Source: the human T2T-CHM13v2.0 reference genome, Homo sapiens. From it: a stretch of DNA of 64,000 nucleotides. The translations under genes were made by a program, and so were the position numbers. The stretch is from the NCBI RefSeq assembly GCF_009914755.1, contig NC_060948.1; one strand, given 5' to 3'. Positions 12,601 to 27,600 of the stretch are shown piece after piece. The notes beneath the pieces were generated by a model, which was not told the origin of the DNA, did no database searches, and was given only the letters and a program-made list of their open reading frames with translations. The stretch's first letter is position 1; every line of letters begins with the position of its first letter.

Positions 12601-15600
12601 CATTGCATTCCTTTCCGTTTGATTCCAGTCCATTCAAGAATGTTCCATTCCAGTCCATTGCTTTCCAGTCCATTCCATTCCACTCTAGTCTATTCCACTC
12701 CATTCCTTTCCATTCCATTCCATACTATTCCATTCCATTCCTTTGCATTCCGTTTCCAATCTATTCGAGTCCATTGCATTCCAGTCGAATCCATTCGATT
12801 TCATTCCTTTTGATTCCCTGCCAGTCGATTGCATTGCATACTACACCATTCCAAAGGAGTCCATTCCATTCTATCTCAACACTTTCCATTCCACTCTGTT
12901 CGAGTCCATTCCATTCCAGTCCATTTAATTCAAGGGCATTCCATTCCATTCCATTCCATTTCATATTATTCCATTCCATTCAATTCCATTCCAGATGATT
13001 CCATTCCATTCTATACCATTGCTCTCTGTTCCATTCCATTCCATCTGTCTCCATTCCTTTCGTTTCGATTCCTTTCCATTCCATTCCATTACATTTGATC
13101 CTATTTTATTAAATTGCATTCTATTCGAGTGATTTCCATTCGAGTCCTTTCCATTCGATTCCATTCCTTTGGATTCCATTCCATTTCGTTCTGTTCACAT
13201 CAATTCCTTGCGATTCCATTACATTCGATTTCTTGCCATTCGATTCCATTCCTTTTGACTCCATTTCATTCGATTCCATTCCATTCCATTAATTTCCATT
13301 CCATTCGAGACCTTTCCATTGCAGTCTTTTCCCTTCGAGTCCATTCCGTTCGATTCCCTTCCATTCGATTCCATTCCATTGGAGTCCGTACCAGTCGAGT
13401 CCATTCTATTCCAGTCCATTAGTTTCGACTCCATTGCATTCGAGTGCATTCCATTCCGTGGCTGTCCATTCCATTCCGTTTGATGCCATTCCATACGATT
13501 CCATTCAATTCGAGACCATTCTATTCCTGTCCATTCCTTGTGGTTCGATTCCATTTCACTCTAGTCCATTCCATTCCATTCAATTCCATTCGACTCTATT
13601 CCGTTCCATTCAATTCCATTCCATTCGATTCCATTTTTTTCGAGAACCTTCCATTACACTCCCTTCCATTCCAGTGCATTCCATTCCAGTCTCTTCAGTT
13701 CGATTCCATTCCATTCGTTTCGATTCCTTTCCATTCCAGCCCATTCCATTCCATTCCATTCCTTTCCATTCCGTTTCATTAGATTCCATTGCATTCGATT
13801 CCATTCAATTCAATTCCGTGCTATTCAATTTGATTCATTTCCATTTAATTCCATTCCATTAGATTCCATTCCGTACGATTCCATTCCTTTTGAATCCATT
13901 CCATTGGAGTCCATTCACTTCCAGAACATTCCATTACAGTCGAATCCATTCGAGGACATTCCATTAAAGTTCATTACATTCTAATACATTCCATTCCATT
14001 GCATTCCATTCCATTCCATTCGATGCCATTCGATTCCATTCCATGCCAAATCATTGCATTCCTTTCCATTCCGTTCCTATCAATTCCATTCCATTCGATT
14101 TAGTTCGATTCTATTCACTTCCATTCCATTCGATTCCATTCCATTGGAGTCAATTCCTTTCGACACCCAGCCTTTCCAGTCAATGATTTTGGATTCCATT
14201 TTTTTGCATTCCATTACATTCTATGACATTCGATTCCGTTTCATTGCATTCCATTCCATACATTTTTATTCCATTCGAGACCGTAGCATTCTGCTTTATT
14301 CCAGGCCTGTCCATTACACTACATTCCCTTCCATTCCAATGAATTCCATTCCATTCCAATCCATTCCTTTCCTTTCGCTTGCATTCCATTCTATTCTCTT
14401 CTACTGCATACAATTTCACTCCATTCGTTCCCATTCCATTCAATTCCATTCCATTCAATTCCATTCCATTTGTTTCCATTCTCTTCGATTCCATTTCTTT
14501 ATATTCCATGCCATTCGATTCCATTCTATTGGATTGCATTACATTCGTGTTCATTCCATTCCAGACCATTCCATTTGACTCCATTCCTTTCGAGCCCTTT
14601 CAATTTGAGTCCATTCCTTTCCAGTCCATTTCACTCCAGTCCATTACTATCCATTCCATACCATTCCATCCCATTCCATTCCATTCCATTCCATTCCATT
14701 CCATTCCATTCCATTCCATTCCATTGCATTCCTTTCCATTACATTCCATTGCACTGCACTCCATTCCATTACATTCTACTCTATCTGAGTCGATTTTATT
14801 GCATTAGATTCTATTCCATTGGATTACTTTCCATTCGATTACATTTCATTCTTGTACATTCCATTCCAGTCAATTACATTCGATTTCATTACATTACATT
14901 CCAGTATATTCCATTGTATTCGATCCCATTCCTTTCAATTCCATTTCATTCGACTCCATTATATTCGATTCCATTCCACTCGAATCCATTCCATTAGAGG
15001 ACATTCCATTCCAAAGCATTCCATTCCATTCCATAGCATTCCATTGCATTCGATTCCATTCCATTTGATGCCATTCCATTTGATGCCATTCCATGACATT
15101 CCATTCCATTCGAGTCCATTCCGTTCCAATTCATTCCATTCCGTTTCATGAAATTCGAGTCCTTTCCAGTACATTTCATTCCAAACCCATCCAATCCAAT
15201 CTACTCCATTCAAATCCTTTCCATTCCATTTGATTATATTCCATTGATTTGATTCCATTCAGTTTGATTCCATTCCGTGAAATTTCCTTCCATTCTCTTC
15301 CATTGCATTACTTTCCATTCAATTCCATTCCATTTCATTTCAGTCCATTCGCTTCCTTTCCTTTCGATTCAATTCCATTTGATTCCACTCCATTCTATGC
15401 GATTTCATTCCAATCGATTCAATTCCATTCGATGACATTCCTTTCGTTTCCATTCCATTCGAGTCCATTCAATTTGAACATTCGTGTCCATTCTATTCGA
15501 GTCCATTCCATTACCGTCTATTCTATTCCCTTCCATTCCTGTTGATTCAATTTCATTCCCTTCCATTCGATTCCTTTCCATTCGATTCCATTCCTTTCCA

Positions 15601-18600
15601 TTCCATTCCAATCGTTCCCATTCCTTGTGATTTCATTCCATTCCAGTCCATTATATTCGAGTCCACTCCACTCCATTCTATTACATTCAATTCCTTTTGA
15701 GTCCGTTCCATAACACTCCATTCATTTCGATTCCATTTCTTGCAAGTTTTCTTCCATTTTATTCCATTCCGTTCGATTCCATTCCATTCGATTGCATTCC
15801 ATTCGAATCCTTTCCATTCCATTTCATTCCATTCCTTTCTATTCCATTCCATTTCATTCGATTTGATTCCATTCTGTTCTATTCCATTCAATTCTTTTTC
15901 ATTCCATTCGAATCCTTTCTATTGCAGTCCATTCCATTCGAGTCCATTCCAATCCCTTCCATTCCATTCCATTACAGTCCATTCCAATAGATTCCATTCC
16001 TTTGCCTTCCATTCGAATCCATTCCATTCTAGTCCATTCCATTTGAGTCAATTCCATTCCATTCCATTCTATTCCTTTCCAATCCATTCGATTCCATTCG
16101 ATTCAATTCCGTTTGATTCTCTTTCATTCTATTTTATTCCATGCCATTTGATTGCATTGCATTCCATTCCGTTTGATTCCAGTCCATTCAAGAATGTTCC
16201 ATTCCAGTCCATTGCTTTCCAGTCCATTCCATTCCACTCTAGTCTATTCCACTCCATTCCTTTCCATTCCATTCCATACTATTCCATTCCATTCCTTTGC
16301 ATTCCGTTTCCAATCTATTCGAGTCCATTGCATTCCAGTCGAATCCATTCGATTTCATTCCTTTTGATTCCCTGCCAGTCGATTGCATTGCATACTACAC
16401 CATTCCAAAGGAGTCCATTCCATTCTATCTCAACACTTTCCATTCCACTCTTTTCGAGTCCATTCCATTCCAGTCCATTTAATTCAAGGGCATTCCATTC
16501 CATTCCATTCCATTTCATATTATTCCATTCCATTCAATTCCATTCCAGATGATTCCATTCCATTCTATACCATTGCTCTCTGTTCCATTCCATTCCATCT
16601 GTCTCCATTCCTTTCGTTTCGATTCCTTTCCATTCCATTCCATTACATTTGATCCTATTTTATTAAATTGCATTCTATTCGAGTGATTTCCATTCGAGTC
16701 CTTTCCATTCGATTCCATTCCTTTGGATTCCATTCCATTTCGTTCTGTTCACATCAATTCCTTGCGATTCCATTACATTCGATTTCTTGCCATTCGATTC
16801 CATTCCTTTTGACTCCATTTCATTCGATTCCATTCCATTCCATTAATTTCCATTCCATTCGAGACCTTTCCATTGCAGTCTTTTCCCTTCGAGTCCATTC
16901 CGTTCGATTCCCTTCCATTCGATTCCATTCCATTGGAGTCCGTACCAGTCGAGTCCATTCTATTCCAGTCCATTAGTTTCGACTCCATTGCATTCGAGTG
17001 CATTCCATTCCGTGGCTGTCCATTCCATTCCGTTTGATGCCATTCCATACGATTCCATTCAATTCGAGACCATTCTATTCCTGTCCATTCCTTGTGGTTC
17101 GATTCCATTTCACTCTAGTCCATTCCATTCCATTCAATTCCATTCGACTCTATTCCGTTCCATTCAATTCCATTCCATTCGATTCCATTTTTTTCGAGAA
17201 CCTTCCATTACACTCCCTTCCATTCCAGTGCATTCCATTCCAGTCTCTTCAGTTCGATTCCATTCCATTCGTTTCGATTCCTTTCCATTCCAGCCCATTC
17301 CATTCCATTCCATTCCTTTCCTTTCCGTTTCATTAGATTCCATTGCATTCCATTCCATTCAATTCAGTTCCGTGCTATTCAATTTGATTCATTTCCATTT
17401 AATTCCATTCCATTAGATTCCATTCCGTACGATTCCATTCCTTTTGAATCCATTCCATTGGAGTCCATTCACTTCCAGAACATTCCATTCCAGTCGAATC
17501 CATTCGAGGACATTCCATTAAAGTTCATTACATTCTAATACATTCCATTCCATTGCATTCCATTCCATTCCATTCGATGCCATTCGATTCCATTCCATGC
17601 CAAATCATTGCATTCCTTTCCATTCCGTTCCTATCAATTCCATTCCATTCGATTTAGTTCGATTCTATTCACTTCCATTCCATTCGATTCCATTCCATTG
17701 GAGTCAATTCCTTTCGACACCCAGCCTTTCCATTCAATGATTTTGGAGTCCATTTTTTTGCATTCCATTACATTCTATGACATTCGATTCCGTTTCATTG
17801 CATTCCATTCCATACATTTTTATTCCATTCGAGACCGTAGCATTCTGCTTTATTCCAGGCCTGTCCATTACACTACATTCCCTTCCATTCCAATGAATTC
17901 CATTCCATTCCAATCCATTCCTTTCCTTTCGCTTGCATTCCATTCTATTCTCTTCTACTGCATACAATTTCACTCCATTCGTTCCCATTCCATTCAATTC
18001 CATTCCATTCAATTCCATTCCATTTGTTTCCATTCTCTTCGATTCCATTTCTTTATATTCCATGCCATTCGATTCCATTCTATTGGATTGCATTACATTC
18101 GTGTTCATTCCATTCCAGACCATTCCATTTGACTCCATTCCTTTCGAGCCCTTTCAATTTGAGTCCATTCCTTTCCAGTCCATTTCACTCCAGTCCATTA
18201 CTATCCATTCCATACCATTCCATCCCATTCCATTCCATTCCATTCCATTCCATTCCATTCCATTCCATTCCATTCCGTTCCATTGCATTCCTTTCCATTA
18301 CATTCCATTGCACTGCACTCCATTCCATTACATTCTACTCTATCTGAGTCGATTTTATTGCATTAGATTCTATTTCATTGGATTACTTTCCATTCGATTA
18401 CATTTCATTCATGTACATTCCATTCCAGTCAATTACATTCGATTTCATTACATTACATTCCAGTATATTCCATTGTATTCGATCCCATTCCTTTCAATTC
18501 CATTTCATTCGACTCCATTATATTCGATTCCATTCCACTCGAATCCATTCCATTAGAGGACATTCCATTCCAATGCATTCCATTCTATTCCATAGCATTC

Positions 18601-21600
18601 CATTGCTTTCGATTCCATTCCATTTGATGCCATTTCATTTGATGCCATTCCATGACATTCCATTCCATTCGAGTCCATTCCGTTCCAATTCATTCCATTC
18701 CGTTTCATGACATTCGAGTCCTTTCCAGTACATTTCATTCCAATCTCATCCAATCCCATCTACTCCATTCAATTCCTTTCCATTCCATTTGATTATATTC
18801 CTTTGATTTGATTCCATTCAGTTTGATTCCATTCCGTGAAATTTCCTTCCATTCTCTTCCATTGCATTACTTTCCATTCAATTCCATTCCATTTCATTTC
18901 AGTCCATTCGCTTCCTTTCTTTTCGATTCAATTCCATTTGATTCCACTCCATTCTATGCGATTTCATTCCAATCGATTCAATTCCATTCGATGACATTCC
19001 TTTCGTTTCCATTCCATTCGAGTCCATTCAATTTGAGCATTCGTGTCCATTCTATTCGAGTCCATTCCATTACCGTCTATTCTATTCCCTTCCATTCCTG
19101 TTGATTCAATTTCATTCCCTTCCATTCGATTCCTTTCCATTCGATTCCATTCCTTTCCATTCCATTCCATTCGTTCCCATTCCATGTGATTTCATTCCAT
19201 TCCAGTCCATTATATTCGAGTCCACTCCACTCCATTCTATTACATTCAATTCCTTTTGAGTCCGTTCCATAACACTCCATTCATTTCGATTCCATTTCTT
19301 GCCAGTTTTCTTCCATTTTATTCCATTCCGTTCGATTCCATTCCATTCGATTGCATTCCGTTCGAATCCTTTCCATTCCATTTCATTCCATTCCTTTCTA
19401 TTCCATTCCATTTCATGCGATTTGATTCCATTCTGTTCTATTCCATTCAATTCTTTTTCATTCCATTCGCATCCTTTCTATTGCAGTCCATTACATTCGA
19501 GTCCATTCCAATCCCTTCCATTCCATTCCATTACAGTCCATTCCAATAGATTCCATTCCTTTGCCTTCCATTCGAATCCATTCCATTCTAGTCCATTCCA
19601 TTTGAGTCAATTCCATTCCATTCCATTCTATTCCTTTCCAATCCATTCGATTCCATTCGATTCAATTCCGTTTGATTCTCTTTCATTCTATTTTATTCCA
19701 TGCCATTTGATTGCATTGCATTCCATTCCGTTTGATTCCAGTCCATTCAAGAATGTTCCATTCCAGTCCATTGCTTTCCAGTCCATTCCATTCCACTCTA
19801 GTCTATTCCACTCCATTCCTTTCCATTCCATTCCATACTATTCCATTCCATTCCTTGGCATTCCGTTTCCAATCTATTCGAGTCCATTGCATTCCAGTCC
19901 AATCCATTCCATTACATTCCTTTTGATTCCCTGCCAGTCGATTGCATTGCATACTAGACCATTCCAAAGGAGTCCATTCCATTCTATCTCAACACTTTCC
20001 ATTCCACTCTGTTCGAGTCCATTCCATTCCAGTCCATTTAATTCAAGGGCATTCCATTCCATTCCATTCCATTTCATATTATTCCATTCCATTCAATTCC
20101 ATTCCAGATGATTCCATTCCATTCTATACCATTGCTCTCTGTTCCATTCCATTCCATCTGTCTCCATTCCTTTCGTTTCGATTCCTTTCCATTCCATTCC
20201 ATTCCATTTGATCCTATTTTATTAAATTGCATTCTATTCGAGTGATTTCCATTCGAGTCCTTTCCATTCGATTCCATTCCATTCTATTCCATTCCTTTGG
20301 ATTCCATTCCATTCCGTTCCGTTCACATCAATTCCTTGCGATTCCATTACATTCGATTTCTTGCCATTCAATTCCATTCCTTTTGACTCCATTTCATTCG
20401 ATTCCATTCCATTCCATTAATTTCCATTCCATTCGAGACCTTTCCATTGCAGTCTTTTCCCTTCGAGTCCATTCCGTTCGATTCCCTTCCATTCGATTCC
20501 ATTCCATTGGAGTCCGTACCAGTCGAGTCCATTCTATTCCAGTCCATTAGTTTCGACTCCATTGCATTCGAGTGCATTCCATTCCGTGGCTGTCCATTCC
20601 ATTCCGTTTGATGCCATTCCATACGATTCCATTCAATTCGAGACCATTCTATTCCTGTCCATTCCTTGTGGTTCGATTCCATTTCACTCTAGTCCATTCC
20701 ATTCCATTCAATTCCATTCGACTCTATTCCGTTCCATTCAATTCCATTCCATTCGATTCCATTTTTGTCGAGAACGTTCCATTACACTCCCTTCCATTCC
20801 AGTGCATTCCATTCCAGTCTCTTCAGTTCGATTCCATTCCATTCGTTTCGATTCCTTTCCATTCCAGCCCATTCCATTCCATTCCATTCCTTTCCTTTCC
20901 GTTTCATTAGATTCCATTGCATTCGATTCCATTCAATTCAATTCCGTGCTATTCAATTTGATTCATTTCCATTTGATTCCATTCCATTAGATTCCATTCC
21001 GTACGATTCCATTCCTTTTGAATCCATTCCATTGGAGTCCATTCACTTCCAGAACATTCCATTCCAGTCGAATCCATTCGAGGACATTCCATTAAAGTTC
21101 ATTACATTCTAATACATTCCATTCCATTGCATTCCATTCCATTCCATTCGATGCCATTCGATTCCATTCCATGCCAAATCATTGCATTCCTTTCCATTCC
21201 GTTCCTATCAATTCCATTCCATTCGATTTAGTTCGATTCTATTCACTTCCATTCCATTCGATTCCATTCCATTGGAGTCAATTCCTTTCGACACCCAGCC
21301 TTTCCAGTCAATGATTTTGGAGTCCATTTTTTTGCATTCCATTACATTCTATGACATTCGATTCCGTTTCATTGCATTCCATTCCATACATTTTTATTCC
21401 ATTCGAGACCGTAGCATTCTGCTTTATTCCAGGCCTGTCCATTACACTACATTCCCTTCCATTCCAATGAATTCCATTCCATTCCAATCCATTCCTTTCC
21501 TTTCGCTTGCATTCCATTCTATTCTCTTCTACTGCATACAATTTCACTCCATTCGTTCCCATTCCATTCAATTCCATTCCATTCAATTCCATTCCATTTG

Positions 21601-24600
21601 TTTCCATTCTCTTCGATTCCATTTCTTTATATTCCATGCCATTCGATTCCATTCTATTGGATTGCATTACATTCGTGTTCATTCCATTCCAGACCATTCC
21701 ATTTGACTCCATTCCTTTCGAGCCCTTTCAATTTGAGTCCATTCTTTCCAGTCCATTTCACTCCAGTCCATTACTATCCATTCCATACCATTCCATCCCT
21801 TTCCATTCCATTCCATTAAATTCCATTCCATTCCATTCCATTGCATTCCATTCCATTCCATTCCATTGCACTGCACTCCATTCCATTACATTCTACTCTA
21901 TCTGAGTCGATTTTATTGCATTAGATTCTATTCCATTGGATTACTTTCCATTCGATTACATTTCATTCATGTACATTCCATTCCAGTCAATTACATTCGA
22001 GTTCATTACATTACATTCCAGTATATTCCATTGTATTCGATCCCATTCCTTTCAATTCCATTTCATTCGACTCCATTATATTCGATTCCATTCCACTCGA
22101 ATCCATTCCATTAGAGGACATTCCATTCCAATGCATTCCATTCCATTCCATAGCATTCCATTGCATTCGATTCCATTCCATTTGATGCCATTCCATTTGA
22201 TGCCATTCCATGACATTCCATTCCATTCGAGTCCATTCCCTTCCAATTCATTCCATTCCGTTTCCTGAAATTCGAGTCCTTTCCAGTACATTTCATTCCA
22301 ATCCATTCCTATCCCATCTACTCCATTCAATTCCTTTCCATTCCATTTGATTAGATTCCATTGATTTGATTCCATTCAGTTTGATTCCATTCCGTGAAAT
22401 TTCCTTCCATTCTCTTCCATTGCATTACTTTCCATTCAATTCCATTCCATTTCATTTCAGTCCATTCGCTTCCTTTCTTTTCGATTCAATTCCATTTGAT
22501 TCCACTCCATTCAATGTGATTTCATTCCAATCGATTCAATTCCATTCGATGACATTCCTTTCGTTTCCATTCCATTCGAGTCCATTCAATTTGAGCATTC
22601 GTGTCCATTCTATTCGAGTCCATTCCATTACCGTCTATTCTATTCCCTTCCATTCCTGTTGATTCAATTTCATTCCCTTCCATTCGATTCCTTTCCATTC
22701 GATTCCATTCCTTTCCATTCCATTCCATTCGTTCCCATTCCATGTGATTTCATTCCATTCCAGTCCATTATATTCGAGTCCACTCCACTCCATTCTATTA
22801 CATTCAATTCCTTTTGAGTCCGTTCCATAACACTCCATTCATTTTGATTCCATTTCTTGCCAGTTTTCTTCCATTTTATTCCATTCCGTTTGATTCCATT
22901 CCATTCAATTGCATTCCATTCGAATCCTTTCCATTCCATTTCATTCCATTCCTTTCTATTCCATTCCATTTCATTCGATTTGATTCCATTCTGTTCTATT
23001 CCATTCAATTCTTTTTCATTCCATTCGAATCCTTTCTATTGCAGTCCATTCCATTCGAGTCCATTCCAATCCCTTCCATTCCATTCCATTACAGTCCATT
23101 CCAATAGATTCCATTCCTTTGCCTTCCATTCAAATCCATTCCATTCTAGTCCATTCCATTTGAATCAATTCCATTCCATTCAATTCTATTCCTTTCCAAT
23201 CCATTCGATTCCATTCGATTCAATTCCGTTTGATTCTCTTTCATTCTATTTTATCCCATGCCATTTGATTGCATTGCATTCCATTCCGTTTGATTCCAGT
23301 CCATTCAAGAAAGTTCCATTCAAGTCCATTGCTTTCCAGTCCATTCCATTCCACTCTAGTCTATTCCACTCCATTCCTTTCCATTCCATTGCATACTATT
23401 CCATTCCATTCCTTTGCATTCCGTTTCCAATCTATTCGAGTCCATTGCATTCCAGTCCAATCCATTCGATTACATTCCTTTTGATTCCCTGCCAGTCGAT
23501 TGCATTGCATACTACACCATTCCAAAGGAGTCCATTCCATTCTACCTCAACACTTTCCATTCCACTCTGTTCGAGTCCATTCCATTCCAGTCCATTTAAT
23601 TCAAGGGCATTCCATTCCATTCCATTCCATTTCATATTATTCCATTCCATTCAATTCCATTCCAGATGATTCCATTCCATTCTATACCATTGCTCTCTGT
23701 TCCATTCCATTCCATCTGTCTCCATTCCTTTCGTTTCGATTCCTTTCCATTCCATTCCATTACATTTGATCCTATTTTATTAAATTGCATTCTATTCGAG
23801 TGATTTCCATTCGAGTCCTTTCCATTCGATTCCATTCCATTCTATTCCATTCCTTTGGATTCCATTCCATTCCGTTCCGTTCACATCAATTCCTTGCGAT
23901 TCCATTACATTCGATTTCTTGCCATTCGATTCCATTCCTTTTGACTCCATTTCATTCGATTCCATTCCATTCCATTAATTTCCATTCCATTCGAGACCTT
24001 TCCATTGCAGTCTTTTCCCTTCGAGTCCATTCCGTTCGATTCCCTTCCATTCGATTCCATTCCATTGGAGTCCGTACCAGTCGAGTCCATTCTATTCCAG
24101 TCCATTAGTTTCGACTCCATTGCATTCGAGTGCATTCCATTCCGTGGCTGTCCATTCCATTCCGTTTGATGCCATTCCATACGATTCCATTCAATTCGAG
24201 ACCATTCTATTCCTGTCCATTCCTTGTGGTTCGATTCCATTTCACTCTAGTCCATTCCATTCCATTCAATTCCATTCGACTCTATTCCATTCCATTCAAT
24301 TCCATTCCATTCGATTCCATTTTTGTCGAGAACCTTCCATTACACTCCCTTCCATTCCAGTGCATTCCATTCCAGTCTCTTCAGTTCGATTCCATTCCAT
24401 TCGTTTCGATTCCTTTCCATTCCAGCCCATTCCATTCCATTCCTTTCCTTTCCGTTTCATTAGATTCCATTGCATTCGATTCCATTCAATTCAATTCCGT
24501 GCTATTCAATTTGATTCATTTCCATTTAATTCCATTCCATTAGATTCCATTCCGTACGATTCCATTCCTTTTGAATCCATTCCATTGGAGTCCATTCACT

Positions 24601-27600
24601 TCCGGAACATTCCATTCCAGTCGAATCCATTCGAGGACATTCCATTAAAGTTCATTACATTCTAATACATTCCATTCCATTGCATTCCATTCCATTCCAT
24701 TCGATGCCATTCGATTCCATTCCATGCCAAATCATTGCATTCCTTTCCATTCCGTTCCTATCAATTCCATTCCATTAGATTTAGTTCGATTCTATTCCCT
24801 TCCATTCCATTCGATTCCATTCCATTGGAGTCAATTCCTTTTGACACCCATCCTTTCCAGTCAATGATTTTGGAGTCCATTTTTTTGCATTCCATTACAT
24901 TCTATGACATTCGATTCCGGTTCATTGCATTCCATTCCATACATTTTTATTCCATTCGAGACCGTAGCATTCTGCTTTATTCCAGGCCTGTCCATTACAC
25001 TACATTCCCTTCGATTCCAATGAATTCCATTGCATTCCAATCCATTCCTTTCCTTTCGCTTGCATTCCATTCTATTCTCTTCTACTGCATACAATTTCAC
25101 TCCATTCGTTCCCATTCCATTCAATTCCATTCCATTCAATTCCATTCCATTTGTTTCCATTCTCTTCGATTCCATTTCTTTATATTCCATGCCATTCGAT
25201 TCCATTCTATTGGATTGCATTATATTCGTGTTCATTCCATTCCAGACCATTCCATTTGACTCCATTCCTTTCGAGCCCTTTCAATTTGAGTCCATTCCTT
25301 TCCAGTCCATTTCACTCCAGTCCATTACTATCCATTCCATACCATTCCATCCCATTCCATTCCATTCCATTCCATTCCATTCCATTCCATTCCATTGCAT
25401 TCCTTTCCATTCCATTCCATTGCACTGCACTCCATTCCATTACATTCTACTCTATCTGAGTCGATTTTATTGCATTAGATTTTATTCCATTGGATTACTT
25501 TCCATTCGATTACATTTCATTCATGTACATTCCATTCCAGTCAATTACATTCGAGTTCATTACATTACATTCCAGTATATTCCATTGTATTCGATCCCAT
25601 TCCTTTCAATTCCATTTCATTCGACTCCATTATATTCGATTCCATTCCACTCGAATCCATTCCATTAGAGGACATTCCATTCCAATGCATTCCATTCCAT
25701 TCCATAACATTCCATTGCATTCGATTCCATTCCATTTGATGCCATTTCATTTGATGCCATTCCATGACATTCCATTCCATTCGAGTCCATTCCTTTCCAA
25801 TTCATTCCATTCCGTTTCATGAAATTCGAGTCCTTTCCAGTACATTTCATTCCAATCCCATCCAATCCCATCTACTCCATTCAATTCCTTTCCATTCCAT
25901 TTGATTATATTCCATTGATTTGATTCCATTCAGTTTGATTCCATTCCGTGAAATTTCCTTCCATTCTCTTCCATTGCATTACTTTCCATTCAATTCCATT
26001 CCATTTCATTTCAGTCCATTCGCTTCCTTTCTTTTCGATTCAATTACATTTGATTCCACTCCATTCTATGCGATTTCATTCCAATCGATTCAATTCCATT
26101 CGATGACATTCCTTTCGTTTCCATTCCATTCGAGTCCATTCAATTTGAGCATTCGTATCCATTCTATTCGAGTCTATTCCATTACCGTCTATTCTATTCC
26201 CTTCCATTCCTGTTGATTCAATTTCATTCCCTTCCATTCGATTCCTTTCCATTCGATTCCATTCCTTTCCATTCCATTCCATTCGTTCCCATTCCATGTG
26301 ATTTCATTCCATTCCAGTCCATTATATTCGAGTCCACTCCACTCCGTTCTATTACATTCAATTCCTTTTGAGTCCGTTCCATAACACTCCATTCATTTCG
26401 ATTCCATTTCTTGCCAGTTTTCTTCCATTTTATTCCATTCCGTTCGATTCCATTCCATTCGATTGCATTCCATTCGAATCCTTTCCATTCCATTTCATTC
26501 CATTCCTTTCTATTCCATTCCATTCCATGCGATTTGATTCCATTCTGTTCTATTCCATTCAATTCTTTTTCATTCCATTCGCATCCTTTCTATTGCAGTC
26601 CATTACATTCGAGTCCATTCCAATCCCTTCCATTCCATTCCATTACTGTCCATTCCAATAGATTCCATTCATTTGCCTTCCATTCGAATCCACTCCATTC
26701 TAGTCCATTCCATTTGAGTCAATTCCATTCCATTCCATTCTATTCCTTTCCAATCCATTGGATTATATTCGATTCAATTCCATTTGATTCTCTTTCATTC
26801 TATTTTATTCCATGACATTTGATTGCATTGCATTCCATTCCGTTTGATTCCAGTCCATTCAAGAAAGTTCCATTCCAGTCCATTGCTTTCGAATCCATTC
26901 CATTCCAGTCTAGTCTATTCCACTCCATTCCTTTCCATTCCATTCCATACTATTCCATTCCATTCCTTTGCATTCCGTTTCCAATCTATTCGAGTCCATT
27001 GCATTCCAGTCCAATCCATTCGATTACATTCCTTTTGATTCCCTGCCAGTCGATTGCATTGCATACTACACCATTCCAAAGGAGTCCATTCCATTCTATC
27101 TCAACACTTTCCATTCCACTCTGTTCGAGTCCATTCCATTCCAGTCCATTTAATTCAAGGGCATTCCATTCCATTCCATTCCATTTCATACTATTCCATT
27201 CCATTCAATTCCATTCCAGATGATTCCATTCCATTCTATACCATTGCTCTCTGTTCCATTCCATTCCATCTGTCTCCATTCCTTTCGTTTCGATTCCTTT
27301 CCATTCCATTCCATTACATTTGATCCTATTTTATTAAATTGCATTCTATTCGAGTGATTTCCATTCGAGTCCTTTCCATTCGATTCCATTCCTTTGGATT
27401 CCATTCCATTTCGTTCTGTTCATATCAATTCCTTGCGATTCCATTACATTCGATTTCTTGCCATTCGATTCCATTCCTTTTGACTCCATTTCATTCGATT
27501 CCATTCCATTCCATTAATTTCCATTCCATTCGAGACCTTTCCATTGCAGTCTTTTCCCTTCGAGTCCATTCCGTTCGATTCCCTTCCATTCGATTCCATT

